Assembly (NCBI GenBank): GCA_002269645.1
Contig: NIVC01000530.1
Location: forward strand, 372,001 to 436,000
DNA: 64,000 nt
Direction: 5' to 3'
From: Macrostomum lignano
Lineage: Eukaryota
A model generated the notes under the pieces. That model was not told the origin of the DNA and ran no database searches. It worked only from the letters and a program-made list of their open reading frames with translations. Made by a program: the position numbers and the translations under genes. Shown piece after piece: positions 43,451 through 56,700 of this stretch (positions are counted from its first letter, which is position 1; every line of letters starts with the position of its first letter).

Positions 43451-44877
43451 AGTCAGGGAAGGTTGATTTGCGATTTTTTTAAATTAGATTTCATTAGTTT
43501 TGATAGTTCAAATAAAATAAACATTTGCAAAGCCAACATGTAAAATTTAATAGACAAATAAACGGACGTAGCGATATTTGCAGCGAGAATTCAGTGACGA
43601 ATTAAATAAATTGCATATTATATATTTTTGTTTTATTTTATCAAATATATTAGTTTTCATTTTGCTTTTTTGCCAATTTTGTTGTTGGCAGTAGTTTTGT
43701 AACATAAAAACACGCACGAGGAATCACAGAAATAGTAGTATGCGAACAATTAATAGTACTATAAGTAGTTAGCAGAAATTCAAAGCTGCTTAAGCGAAAA
43801 CAAAGACCAGGTTTGTTTTTAAAAATAATAAGAATTTAAATTTGAATAACCAATAAACGCGCGGGAGAACGAATGCAGCATTAACAAAAAATATGACACA
43901 AACAAACCAAGATTCTTACCAGTTGATGAAATTTACAAATGACCTTTCATATACTATTACTCATAGTAGCGAGTAAGTATGCAGCAGGGGTCGGAGAACT
44001 TGTTCATCTCAATGGCCAGATAAAGAATCCACCTCATTACTGCGGCCCAGGTGAGAGGAAATAAAAGGGAATAGAGGAGAGAGAGGGGGGAAGAGGAGAT
44101 GAGATATGGGATTAGAAGAGATTCGAGGAGAAAGACGAGAGAATAGAAGGGAGATGAAGGGAGAGAAGAAGGGGAGAGAGAAGTGGATAGAATAGAGAAG
44201 AGGGGAGAGGGAAGAGAGGAGAGATGAAGGGAGAGAAGAGACAAACCCTGAGCGGGCCGGATTGCTATTGTAAAGTTTCAAAGGACCCGAGGACCCCTCA
44301 AACAGATGATGCTGACACGGGGTGAAGTTTACTCGTAGCGCAGCAGACTGAGAAAATGTCAATTTATTAATAATGATAATAATTATCGTAATTGAAAAAA
44401 TCGAAAAAAATTAACAGTCCATGACCGTTTGAGCTTGCCGACTACTTACAGTGTGTGAAAGGACGACAAATACCACAAAAAACGGTTTAATAAGAAAGCA
44501 ATGAAAGCAATGTGGGACACATATGGCATATTGTGTTATTTTTTGCTTTTTGTAAAGTTTTTTAACACCGGAGATAAATAGATTAAAACAAAAAATAATG
44601 TAAAAAACCACTGGCCAATAGAGGGAGAAAAAGGATGAGAGAAGCGCACGGATGCTTATCAACCAATTATAGTCTAAAATCAAATGAGAAGTAAAGTTAC
44701 AAAAATATGCAAAAATATTTACTGCAAGACCAGCTTTCCAGTAGGCAGTTGGAACAATAGTATGGTAAATTAATTTTTTTCCTATGCTTCTTTACAAAAA
44801 AGATGAAATGGAATTTATTTTTATGAAATAGAAAATTTGCATGCTTCACAAGTCAGTTAAGGATCTTAAAGAGTTAA

Positions 44878-45225
44878 ACCGTGTGTACATTGGGGGGTAG
44901 GGATTGAGGTTGGTAGAGACCGAGTGTTCATTGGGGGGGTAGGGATTGAGGTTGGCAGTGACCGTGTGTACATTGGGGGTAGGGATTGAGGTTGGCAGTG
45001 ACTGTGTGTACATTGGGGGTAGGGATTGAGGTTGGCAGTGACCGTGTGTACATTGGGGGGTAGGGATTGAGGTTGACAGAGACCGAGTGTTCATTGGGGG
45101 GTAGGGATTGAGGTTGGCAGTGACTGTGTGTACATTGGGGGGGTAGGGATTGAGGTTGACAGAGACCGAGTGTTCATTGGGGGGGTATAGGGATTGAGGT
45201 TGGCAGTGACCGTGTGTACATCGGG
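44878..45225 (+). repeat. About 40-bp G-run minisatellite
   Basis: CGTGTGTACATTGGGGGTAGGGATTGAGGTTGGCAGTGAC units. Confidence 0.93.
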
Positions 45226-46394
45226 GGTAGTGAATGAGTACGTGAGTACGTTACTACATTGAAAATTTGATTCCAGTCAGCACAATGTTTTATTTTAGAA
45301 TGGGAATATCAAGAATGAAAAAAGAGATGATTTTTTTTTCAAACTTATAATTACAGAATAAAGATGAAACCGACTACTGTACTTGTAAACAATGATGCTA
45401 CGAAAGCTTATCCGTCTAGAAAATAACTAAAGCTTACAAGAGTTTACACGCGCAAGTTAAGCAGTAATAAGTAATAAAAAATAATTAAATGGAAAACAAT
45501 ACAAAAACTAGGTAGAAAAATTTAATATAAAGTGATGAACACTAAGCTAGAAAAGAAATATTAAACGCAGACTTTATCGAACTGGCTTAGAGGTTGAAAT
45601 TTTACGACTGTTTTTTTAAAGTAAAGATAATGATAAAATTAACTAATTAAATGACTGAAAATATGGCCTCAAAATTAATTTGAAACGCCTGTGACGCTTA
45701 AGTGAGAGAAGTGCTGAATTATACACAAAAAGACGTTTTATTCTAAACTAACATGTCCTGTGTTTAGGTATATAGTTTTTTAGGTTTTTGCATATAAATT
45801 TATGAGTTCGACTGACACTTGGGTATTGTCTTTAGAGTAATAATCAAATTTTTAACAAATATTTTACTTTGTGTAACAATTACCGAAAAAAGCAAAGTTA
45901 AAAAGTTATTCCAATACATTCATAAACTATTTATGTATGAAATATTGACAATCGATTAACGATAATATTCGATAATTATTAAGACCAACAATTAGCTAAG
46001 GATCCAGTATTTATTAACGATAATTATCGATAATTATGTAGACTAAAAATTAGCTGACGATCCAGTACTGTATTGATTAACGATAAATATCGATAATTGT
46101 TAAGACCCAAAAATTAGCCGAGGATCCAGTATCGAATAACGATAATAATCGATAATTATTAGGAACCCAAAAATAGATGACGATCCAGTAGCGATAATCG
46201 TTAATTCTAAGAATACTTAAAGTTAGCATTAAATATCAATTAACGATAAGTATCGATTATCGATATTTCCAAAAAATTGATCTTACTTAGGATAAAGATG
46301 AAATGTCGATTAAAGATAAGTACCGATAATACTTTGATTATCGATTATCGTTAATTAAGTATTAAAATTAATTTACATAAAAATGAACATCGCC

Positions 46395-48954
46395 CTATTC
46401 ATCGTCAGGCACGAGAGCCGCAGCCTCCTCAGCCAGGGCATAGTATTTAGTAGCCAGCTTGCCGTTGCCCTGAGCCATGGCGTCTTCGGCAGCCTCGCCG
46501 TACAGGTCGACGCTGGCAGCGGGATCGGCGTCCAAGCCGTGGCCGCCGGCCAGGTACAGCTCGGCCAGACGGGCCTTCAAAGCGTAGCTGGGCGTGTCCA
46601 GGCTGTCGTAGCCGCCTTCGCGGTCTGCCTGTCCGCACATGGCCAGGGCCTGCTGATAATAGTGAGCCGCCTTGTCCCAGTTGGGCTGGCCGGCGTTGTC
46701 CGGCAGGCCTTCGTGGCCGAGATCGTTGGCCCTGGCCAGCTGCAGCATGGCCGGACGGTCGCCAAGGCGGGCCGCCGATTCCAGGTAGGCGAGACCGAAG
46801 GTGGGGCTGGGCTGCAGGTGGTAAAGGAATGAGGGGCGATTCTTTAGTGTCTGGGGCGATTCTTTCAGTGTCTGGGGGCGATTCTTTCAGTGTCTGGGGG
46901 CGATTCTTTCAGTGTCTGGGGGCGATTCTTTCAGTGTCTGGGGGCGATTCTTTCAGTGTCTGGGGGCGATTCTTTTAGTGTCTGGGGGCGATTCTTTTAG
47001 TGTCTGGGGGCGATTCTTTCAGTGTCTGGGGGCGATTCTTTCAGTGTCTGGGGGCGATTCTTTTAGTGTCTGGGGCGATTCTTTCAGTGTCTGGGGGCGA
47101 TTCTTTCAGTGTCTGGGGGCGATTCTTTCAGTGTCTGGGGGCGATTCTTTCAGTGTCTGGGGGCGATTCTTTCAGTGTCTGGGGGCGATTCTTTTAGTGT
47201 CTGGGGGCGATTCTTTAGTGTCTGGGGGCGATTCTTTTAGTGTCTGGGGTGATCCTTTCAGTGTCTGGGGGCGATTCTTTCAGTGTCTGAGGTGATCCTT
47301 TCAGTGTCTAGGGGCGATTCTTTTAGTGTCTGGGGGCGATTCTTTCAGTGTCTGGGGGGCGATTCTTTCAGTGTCTGGGGCGATTCTTTCAGTGTCTGGG
47401 GGCGATTCTTTCAGTGTCTGGGGGCGATTCTTTCAGTGTCTGGGGGCGATTCTTTTAGTGTCTGGGGGCGATTCTTTAGTGTCTGGGGCGATTCTTTTAG
47501 TGTCTGGGGTGATCCTTTCAGTGTCTGGGGGCGATTCTTTCAGTGTCTGAGGTGATCCTTTCAGTGTCTGGGGGCGATTCTTTAGTGTCTGGGGGCGATT
47601 TTTTTAGTGTCTGGGGGCGATTCTTTCAGTGTCTGGGGGGCGATTCTTTCAGTGTCTGGGGCGATTCTTTCAGTGTCTGGGGGCGATTCTTTCAGTGTCT
47701 GGGGGCGATTCTTTCAGTGTCTGGGGGCGATTCTTTTAGTGTCTGGGGGCGATTCTTTAGTGTCTGGGGGCGATTCTTTTAGTGTCTGGGGCGATTCTTT
47801 AGTGTCTGGGGCGATTCTTTTAGTGTCTGGGGTGATCCTTTCAGTGTCTGGGGGCGATTCTTTCAGTGTCTGAGGTGATCCTTTCAGTGTCTGGGGGCGA
47901 TTCTTTCAGTGTCTGGGGGGCGATTCTTTCAGTGTCTGGGGCGATTCTTTCAGTGTCTGGGGGCGATTCTTTTAGTGTCTGGGGCGATTCTTTAGTGTCT
48001 GGGGCGATTCTTTTAGTGTCTGGGTGATCCTTTCAGTGTCTGGGGGCGATTCTTTCAGTGTCTGGGGCGATTCTTTTAGTGTCTGGGGCGATTCTTTCAG
48101 TGTCTGAGGCGATTCTCTCAGTGTCTGGGGCGATTCTTTCAGTGCCTGGGCGATTCTTTCAGTGCCTGGGCGATTCTTTCAGTGTCTGGGGGCGATTCTT
48201 TTAGTGTCTGGGGCGATTCTTTCAGTGTCTGATGTGATCCTTTCAGTGTCTGGGGGCGATTCTTTCAGTGTCTGGGGCGATTCTTTCAGTGTATGGGGCG
48301 ATTCTTACGGTGTCTAGGGGCGATTTTCTAATTAGAACTTGTGTGATTCTTTTTTAAGAGGCAGCCTATTAGCTCTGGAGTCGTCGATGGAGTAATAAAA
48401 AATCAATAAAATAAATAACAAAGTCCCAACCTGCAGCAAATCTCGCGGCATATCCTGCAGACAGTCAGCCGGCATGCCCAGGTGCAGCCTGGCCAGGTTA
48501 GCCGCAGCCTCAACCACGCCCAGCTCAGCGGAGATCTGCTCATGATAGAGGGCCGCGGACCAGTCAACGGCGCCTTCCGAGTTGGCAAAGCGGCCGGACT
48601 CGTGCAGCCGGACCAATTCGTGGTGCACGCGGCCCAGGATGGGGCCAACGACGCGGACTTCGGGCAGGCCGGGCAGGCAGCAGGCGCTGGAGCAGCCCGC
48701 GCCAGAGCAACTGTCGCTGTTCTCGCCGCTGTCTGAGCGGGACCGGCCCCAGGACAGCTGCTGCTGAAGCTTCTGCTGCTGACGCCGGCCGCCGGCCAGC
48801 ACGCCCTGGACGCAGGAGGGGCGCTGGCGACGGTTCAGGGCCAGGGACAGAGCCAGCAGCTCCTCTTCCTGCGGGGTGGCGGCAGAGCGCGGATTCTTGA
48901 TGGCTGAGTGACAGACAGACAGACAGACAGACAGACAGAAGACAGACAGACAGA

Positions 48955-48985
<31 letters not shown>

Positions 48986-49017
48986 AGACAGACAGACAGA
49001 CAGACAGACAGACAGTC

Positions 49018-49050
<33 letters not shown>

Positions 49051-49053
49051 GGC

Positions 49054-49102
<49 letters not shown>

Positions 49103-52100
49103 GGCAGGCAGACACACAGACAGACAGACAGACAGGCACTCACAGGCGTCAGCTCCCCGGAGGTGTTCCTGCGCCGGCGCAGCGGAGTCCAAGTTGCGGC
49201 GCCGCCAGCTGGCTGCTGGTCCTCGTCGGTGCTGCAGCCGGAGTCGAAGACGCTGTTCGACACGGGGGATGCGATTGGCGGCGGACTGCCGATGGTGAAG
49301 ATGTCCGCTCTAATACAGGTCTCCGCCGAAGTCTGCGAAGAAGAGGAGTGAGTGGGTTGCAGGGGAACTGCTTTTATACTTGCTGATCGCAACATGCCAC
49401 CCCTATCTATTTTTACTCTACATCAATTTATCTCATTATCTAAGAAAAATAATTTACTTTCTTCATGCTTAAATATAATTGCATTTTGCTTAATTCTAAT
49501 CTTATATTTAGTTAATCTCACACTACCCTAATCTAATCTCACCCTTACCCTAATCGAATCTCACCCTACCATAATCTAATTTTACTCTACCTAATCTAAT
49601 CTTAATCTACATAATCTAATTTCACATTACTCTAAGCCAATCTCACCCTACTCTAATCAAATCTCACCTTACTCTAACCCAATCTCACCCTACTCTAACC
49701 CAATCTCACCCTACTCTAACCCAATCTCACCCTACTCTAACCCAATCTCACCCTACTCTAACCAAATCTCACCCTACTCTAACCAAATCTCACCCTGCTC
49801 TAACCCAATGCAGCAAGCAAGAAAATCGCACCGGAGTGGCGGGCGCATTGGCCACCTCAGTCGGGGCCAGATCGAACTGCGACAGGCCCATCCGCCGGCA
49901 GATGTCGTTGCAGGTGTGCGACTGAAAGAACAGCGCCATGCCGCGGACGCCCAGATTGCCGTCGCCGAATTCGGTGCCGCCAGCCGTGTGGATCTGCGGA
50001 TCGGTGTAGATATCGTCAACTCCTTGAATGTCCACCACGATGAGCTGGTGACCGCTGCGCTCGAATGTGAAATGGCTCAGCGCGTGCGGAGTCTGGCGCA
50101 GTTTCTCGTCAACGAAGCCGCTGTTGCTGTTGTACTTGATGTACTCGCCCTCGATGTAGTGCTCCAGGTGGTACATTGGGGCGCCAGGCCGGTTGATGAA
50201 CTCGATCACCGACATCTGCATGATGTCCACCTGGATTTGGGGGTATGAGTCACGCGTCTTTAGAGTTGCTCGATTAAAATGTCTTACTATTGTAAGATTA
50301 CATGATCCCCAAGGCTATTACATGATCCCCAAGGCTATTAAATAATGTACTGATGTGACATGACCCGAAGGTTAGTACATGATACACGAATGTCACATGA
50401 TTCCCACTGTTATTACATGACACACCGATGTCAAATGATCCCCACTGTTATTACATGATACACCAATGCCACATGATATCACAAGGTAAACTTCTGATCA
50501 CTAGACTTTGTACAAGCCAAAAGCCACTACTTAGAGCAGTAGTAAGTAGAAAACATTAGCTAACAAAAATAAAACTGACCTTCTTAGGCGGCTGGTGCCT
50601 GTTGTACTCCTGGGCCCACAGCTTGGCGTTCATCTGCAGCCGGACATCCTCAAAGTACACGCTGTTGTCCACCTCTTCGATGTACTTTTTAGCCACATAG
50701 TTACAAGCGGAAGTGGTCCAATTATCCATTCGGCTAATCCTCGGCAGCTTCTTCAACCGGAAGCACTGCCGCATAGCGCCCTGATCGAAGGCTTCTGTCT
50801 CGATTCGAACCCGGACCCGATCCTGGACCCACTCCCGGCGGTGCGGATTGTACAGATGGCGCACCGCGTCCTCTTCTGGCGCCGACAGGACCGGCTTGTC
50901 GCGCCATGGGTCTTTGTGCACACTGCGCGATGCCAGCAGCAGCGCCTTGGGCCATCGGGAATTCGGGCTCAGCACCTGACCAGTGTTTGCGAATTTTTTG
51001 CGAGATCGTAAGATATCAAGAAAGATAATCCGTATTTATAGAAAAAATCTCTAACTTTCTCGTCTCTAATCTCTAACTTTCTCGTCTCTAATCTCTAACT
51101 TTCTCGTCTCTAATTTCTAACTTTCTCGTCTCTAATCTCTAACTTTCTCGTCTCTAATCTCTAACTTTCTCGTCTCTAATCTCTAACTTTCTCGTCTCTA
51201 ATCTCTAACTTTCTCGTCTCTAATTTCTAACTTTCTCGTCTCTAATCTCTAACTTTCTCGTCTCTAATCTCTAACTTTCTCGTCTCTAATCTCTAACTTT
51301 CTCGTCTCTAATCACTAACTTTCTCGGTCTCTAATCTCTAACTTTCTCGTCTCTAATCTCTAACTTTCTCGTCTCTAATCACTAACTTTCTCGTCTCTAT
51401 TCTCTAACTTTCTCGTCTCTAATTTCTAACTTTCTCGTCTCTAATCTCTAACTTTCTCGTCTCTAATCTCTAACTTTCTCGTCTCTAATTTCTAACTTTC
51501 TCGTCTCTATTCTCTAACTTTCTCGTCTCTAATTTCTAACTTTCTCGTCGCCAATCTCTAACTTTTTCATCTCAAATCACAAACTTTCTCATCTCTTATC
51601 TCTGATATTCACATTTCTAATCTCAACTATATATCAATGATAAATCTATGCATTGAAGTAGATATTAGCAACGCACCGCCTGCGAAGTGGACTGAGTACG
51701 AGTTCTCCTAGTGCCAGCAATACCCGCGGCGGCGCCTCCACTGGCGCCTGCGGCGGCTAACTCGTTGCCAGGCCCGTTGTTATGAGCAGCGGCTTGCTCG
51801 GCAGCTTCGTCTTCATCAGCTGGCGACGGCGGCTCAGACATGGTGCGGATGCGGCCGCCGCGCTGACGCCAGTTGGGGAACTCGGCGCTCTCGGGTTGCA
51901 CCTGAGCGCCGGGAAGGATTGAGGATGCTCGTATTGTAGTTGGTTGCTAGGGTATTTAATTCGATTCAGGAGAAGGAAGCCTGAAGATTCAGGAAAGAGA
52001 GCCTGAAGGTCCAGGAGAGAGAACCTGAAGATTCAGGAGAGGGGAGCCTGAAGATTCAGGAGAAGGGAACCTGAAGATTCAGGGGAGGGGAGCCTGAAGA

Positions 52101-54787
52101 TTCAGGAGAAGGGAACCTGAAGATTCAGGAGAGGGGAGCCTGAATATTCAGGAGAAGGGAGCCTGAAGATTCAGGAGAAGGGAACCTGAAGATTCAGGAG
52201 AGTGGAGCCTGAAGATTCAGGAGAAGGGAGCCTGAAGATTCAGGAGAAGGGAACCTGAAGATTCAGGAGAGTGGAGCCTGAAGATTCAGGAGAAGGGAGC
52301 CTGAAGATTCAGGAGAAGGAAACCTGAAGATTCAGGAGAGGGGAGCCTGAAGATTCAGGAGAAGGGAACTTGAAGATTCAGGAGAAGGGAACCTGAAGAT
52401 TCAGGAGAAGGGAACCTGAAGATTCAGGAGAAGGGAGCCTGAAGATTCAGGAGAAGGGAACTTGAAGATTCAGGAGAAGGGAACCTGAAGATTCAGGAGA
52501 GTGGAGCCTGAAGATTCAGGAGAAGGGAACTTGAAGATTCAGGAGAAGGGAACCTGAAGATTCAGGAGAAGGGAACCTGAAGATTCAGGAGAGGGGAGCC
52601 TGAAGATTCAGGAGGGAGAACCTGAAGATTCAGGAGAGGGGAGCCTGAAGATTCAGGAAGGAGAGCCTGAAGATTCAGGAGAAGGGAGCCTGAAGATTCA
52701 GGAGAAAGGAGCCTGAAGATTCAGGAGAAGGGAACCTGAAGATTCAGGAGAGGGGAGCCTGAAGATTCAGGAGAAGGGAACTTGAAGATTTAGGAGAAGG
52801 GAGCCTGAAGATTCAGGAGAAGGGAACTTGAAGATTCAGGAGAAGGGAGCCTGAAGATTCAGGAGAAGGGAACCTGAAGATTCAGGAGAGGGGAGCCTGA
52901 ATATTCAGGAGAAGGGAGCCTGAAGATTCAGGAGAAGGGAGCCTGAAGATTCAGGAGAAGGGAGCCTGAAGATTCAGGAGAGGGGAGCCTGAAGATTCAG
53001 GAGAAGGGAATCTGAAGATTCAGGAGAGGGGAGCCTGAAGATTCAGGAGAAGGGAACTTGAAGATTCAGGAGGGAGAGCCTGAAGATTCAGGAGAAGGGA
53101 ACTTGAAGATTCAGGAGAGTGGAGCCTGAAGATTCAGGAGAAGGGAGCCTGAAGATTCAGGAGAGGGGAGCCTGAAGATTCAGGAGAAGGGAACCTGAAG
53201 ATTCAGGAGAGTGGAACTGAAGATTCAGGAGAAGGGAGCCTGAAGATTCAGGAGGGAGAACCTGAAGATTCAGGAGAAGGGAGCCTGAAGATTTAGGAGG
53301 GAGAACCTGAAGATTCAGGAGAAGGGAGCCTGAAGATTCAGGAGAAGGGAGCCTGAAGATTCAGGAGGGAGAACCTGAAGATTCAGAAGGGAGCCTGAAG
53401 ATTCAGGAGAAGGGAGCCTGAAGATTCAGGAGAAGGGAACTTGAAGATTCAGGAGAAGGGAGCCTGAAGATTCAGGAGAAGGGAACCTGAAGATTCAGGA
53501 GAGGGGAGCCTGAATATTCAGGAGAAGGGAGCCTGAAGATTCAGGAGAAGGGAGCCTGAAGATTCAGGAGAAGGGAGCCTGAAGATTCAGGAGAAGGGAG
53601 CCTGAAGATTCAGGAGAAGGGAGCCTGAAGATTCAGGAGAGGGGAGCCTGAAGATTCAGGAGAAGGGAATCTGAAGATTCAGGAGAGGGGAGCCTGAAGA
53701 TTCAGGAGAAGGGAACTTGAAGATTCAGGAGGGAGAGCCTGAAGATTCAGGAGAAGGGAACTTGAAGATTCAGGAGAGTGGAGCCTGAAGATTCAGGAGA
53801 AGGGAGCCTGAAGATTCAGGAGAGGGGAGCCTGAAGATTCAGGAGAAGGGAACCTGAAGATTCAGGAGAGTGGAACTGAAGATTCAGGAGAAGGGAGCCT
53901 GAAGATTCAGGAGGGAGAACCTGAAGATTCAGGAGAAGGGAGCCTGAAGATTTAGGAGGGAGAACCTGAAGATTCAGGAGAAGGGAGCCTGAAGATTCAG
54001 GAGAAGGGAGCCTGAAGATTCAGGAGGGAGAACCTGAAGATTCAGAAGGGAGCCTGAAGATTCAGGAGAAGGGAGCCTGAAGATTCAGGAGAAGGGAGCC
54101 TGAAGATTTAGGAGGGAGAACCTGAAGATTCAGGAGAAGGGAGCCTGAAGATTCAGGAGGGAGAACCTGAAGATTCAGGAGAAGGGAGCCTGAAGATTCA
54201 GGAGGGAGAACCTGAAGATTCAGGAGAAGGGAGCCTGAAGATTCAGGTGGGGGAGCCTGAAGATTCAGGAGAGGGGAGCCTAAAGATTCAGGAGAGGGGA
54301 ACTGATGACTCCGGGAAAATCGAAAGCTACACAAGACCTCAATGTGTAAAGTCAGGAACGCAGCAGACGCAATTACCTCAGGCGACGTGACCGATCCTAC
54401 GCCGGAATCCTCCTCGTGAATAGTCGGCGTATCGTGCACCGCCCAGGAGGCGTCCATAGCAACGCCAATGGCATTGCTGCCAGAATTAGTGTTAGAATTG
54501 GCGGCAGCAGATGAGGCAGCAGCCCCAGTCGGCAGTCCAACGGGCCGGCTGTACAAATTCAACCTTCGGCGCTGCTGCAAAGTCAATCGGCGAGGCTCCG
54601 GACGAGCGGCGGCGGAGGCGTTTGAGTTGCCACCTTCATCGTCGGCGTCGCAGCACAGATCCTCGATGGACACTTCGCAGCCGAGCTCGGGCATCGATGA
54701 GTCATCGTCCTCCTCCTCTTCATCATCCTCTTGCTCGTCGAAATTCGCGTCTTTTTCGAGTTTGAAAATTTCTTCACGATCGGACAT
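46395..54787 (-). CDS. EEF2K: Eukaryotic elongation factor 2 kinase (alpha-kinase plus SEL1-like C-terminus), 7 exons: 54787-54377, 51901-51677, 50975-50580, 50230-49832, 49332-49144, 48895-48431, 46811-46395; about 833 aa
   Basis: N-terminus [11 protein letters not shown]. Alpha-kinase motifs [72 protein letters not shown]-terminal ILGRVH..LVRLHE.GRF and SEL1-like repeats. All introns are phase 0. Confidence 0.96.
46833..48320 (+). repeat. 21-23-bp minisatellite filling eEF2K intron 6
   Basis: GGGGGCGATTCTTTCAGTGTCT units. Confidence 0.97.
48910..49137 (+). repeat. (ACAG)n filling eEF2K intron 5
   Basis: Direct inspection. Confidence 0.97.
49520..49805 (+). repeat. 21-bp minisatellite in eEF2K intron 4
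   Basis: CTCTAACCCAATCTCACCCTA units, degenerating leftward. Confidence 0.9.
51050..51570 (+). repeat. 22-bp minisatellite in eEF2K intron 2
   Basis: CTCTAACTTTCTCGTCTCTAAT units. Confidence 0.97.
51975..54295 (+). repeat. 22-23-bp minisatellite (about 2.3 kb) in eEF2K intron 1
   Basis: CAGGAGAAGGGAGCCTGAAGATT units with a higher-order repeated block. Confidence 0.98.
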
Positions 54788-55088
54788 TTTTTTGATGATG
54801 ATAATTCGAATTGGCTAAGATTAGCGCTATTAGCTACTGATTCGGATTGATTCGGTAGTAGTATGCTGAGAATATCGTCGTAATTGGTGATTTGTTGATA
54901 AGCGAACTGTCGGGTCAAAGGCATAGGGAGAGAGGCAACTGCTGCTGGTGTAGCGAGCGCTCGGTCCTGCGGGAGGCGAGTTGGACAGATGAAAGTCACA
55001 AGAGTCGCCCCTACAGTCGCTAGAGTCACTTATAGTTGAGTTGTTTGCAATGATTTTAGCAGATATCATATGGCATTGATGTAAAAGT

Positions 55089-55270
55089 GGGCCGTAGCCC
55101 AGCGGTAGTGCAGCTGCTCTGGTGTGCCAGCGACCCAGGCTCGATTCCAAATGCAGTCACATTAATTTGGGGCTGAATTGGAATCTCGGCTTGGCTCTGC
55201 TCGTGCAATTAACGGCCTTGAGAGCCAACCCCCCAAGGCGCAGTGAAGTGCACATGCCTAACGATAAAAT
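55089..55270 (+). mobile_element. tRNA-derived SINE (3' end uncertain)
   Basis: A-box-like GTAGCCCAGCGGTAG (55094-55108) and B-box-like GGCTCGATTCC (55138-55148) at tRNA-like spacing. No convincing cloverleaf or CCA end. Confidence 0.5.
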
Positions 55271-56061
55271 AAAGTTAGGGCCGCTGTACACTCCTGTGTG
55301 AGTGTGTGCCTGCGTACGTATCCGCGCGCTTGTATGCCTGCTCAGGGGAGTCGGCGGAATGGGCAGTAATGCCTCTCGCCGGTTGTGTGCCTATGTCGCT
55401 TAAAGTGCGCCAGGGTGCACACAACCCCCCTGCCTCTAATAAAAATAATAAAATGGCTTTGATGTGGAAAACTGAAGGCCGGTTTTGTACTCCTGGGTGT
55501 TTTAGTTAAGACTGTTAAATAAAGTGGTTTTAAAATTAATAAAATTGCGTGAAAAAGAAACGATACACCTCATTTTTATTGAGAACCATAACCAAAATTT
55601 AACTCCAACACACCAACAAGACCATTGTGGAATAAAATAAGCATAGAAAAGAGATTCAAATTATAATGTTTTTGTTTTACGCACCTGCTCATTCGGCTAC
55701 GCCTAAACTGCGACAATTAAAAAAGGATAGAAAAAATAAATAAACGCAGAATAAAAATTAAAATACAAAACTGAATTTGTTTAAATAAGCCTCAGGGACC
55801 CTGGAGTTCCAGACACACAAAAATTGAGTATAACACTCAACAAAATGTTAAGGTTACGTCCTTGAACACTACGCAATTGTGGACCCTGGATTCTTAAAAA
55901 GATTTCGGGGAGAAAAAAACAAGAAGCAAAAGCAAAGGATTTCTACTTAGTCACCACCCACTCAGTCCTGAGTTCTGCTCAACCGCCCACGTCTCGATCT
56001 GGAGAAACAGCTGACGAGCTTCCCGCAACCCTCCTTGTGCAGCCGATGCTTATTGGCTGGC

Positions 56062-56081
56062 AGAAATTTCTAGAATTCTCT
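56062..56081. promoter_or_regulatory. Heat-shock element (3 perfect nGAAn units plus 1 imperfect)
   Basis: aGAAa tTTCt aGAAt tCTCt. Adjacent ATTGG (reverse CCAAT) at about 56052 and TGAGTCA at 56097-56103. Confidence 0.55.
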
Positions 56082-56197
56082 CTAGGCAAAGGCCTATGAG
56101 TCACACAAGGCCTACCATTAGTGCAGAGGTAGAGCGAGGTTCCCCCTACCTTCCCGAGGGGAAGCAGACAGAGGAGCAGACAGAGGGAGAGGAAAAT

Positions 56198-56217
56198 AGA
56201 AAATTCCAGAATTTTCT
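56198..56217. promoter_or_regulatory. Heat-shock element (4 perfect alternating nGAAn units)
   Basis: aGAAa aTTCc aGAAt tTTCt, followed by two CCAAT motifs at about 56227-56241. Confidence 0.6.
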
Positions 56218-56261
56218 ATCGCATCGCCAATGCCGCCAATACTACACAGCCAAAACCCTCG

Positions 56262-56700
56262 ACGCGATATCCAGCCTTACTAAACTGTCTAACAGATGAT
56301 TCTCACTGTCTAACAGATGATTCTCACTGTCTAACAGATGATGCTCACTGTCTAACAGATGATGCTCACTGTCTAACAGATGATTCTCACTGTCTAACAG
56401 ATGATGCTCACTGTCTAACAGATGATGCTCACTGTCTAACAGATGATGCTCACTGTCTAACAGATGATTCTCACTGTCTAACAGATGATGCTCACTGTCT
56501 AACAGATGATTCTCACTGTCTAACAGATGATTCTCACTGTCTAACAGATGATTCTCACTGTCTAACAGATGATGCTCACTGTCTAACAGATGATGCTCAC
56601 TGTCTAACAGATGATGCTCACTGTCTAACAGATGATGCTCACTGTCTAACAGATGATGCTCACTGTCTAACAGATGATGCTCACTGTCTAACAGATGAGT
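56262..56700 (+). repeat. 21-bp minisatellite x about 20
   Basis: CTCACTGTCTAACAGATGATG units. Confidence 0.97.

Noticed and set aside
49660-49805. TAACCC hexamers as interstitial telomere
   Set aside because: They occur once per 21-bp unit, not as tandem TTAGGG repeats.
55089-55160. Possible tRNA gene
   Set aside because: A- and B-box-like motifs are present but I could not fold a convincing acceptor or anticodon stem. Treated as a SINE head.
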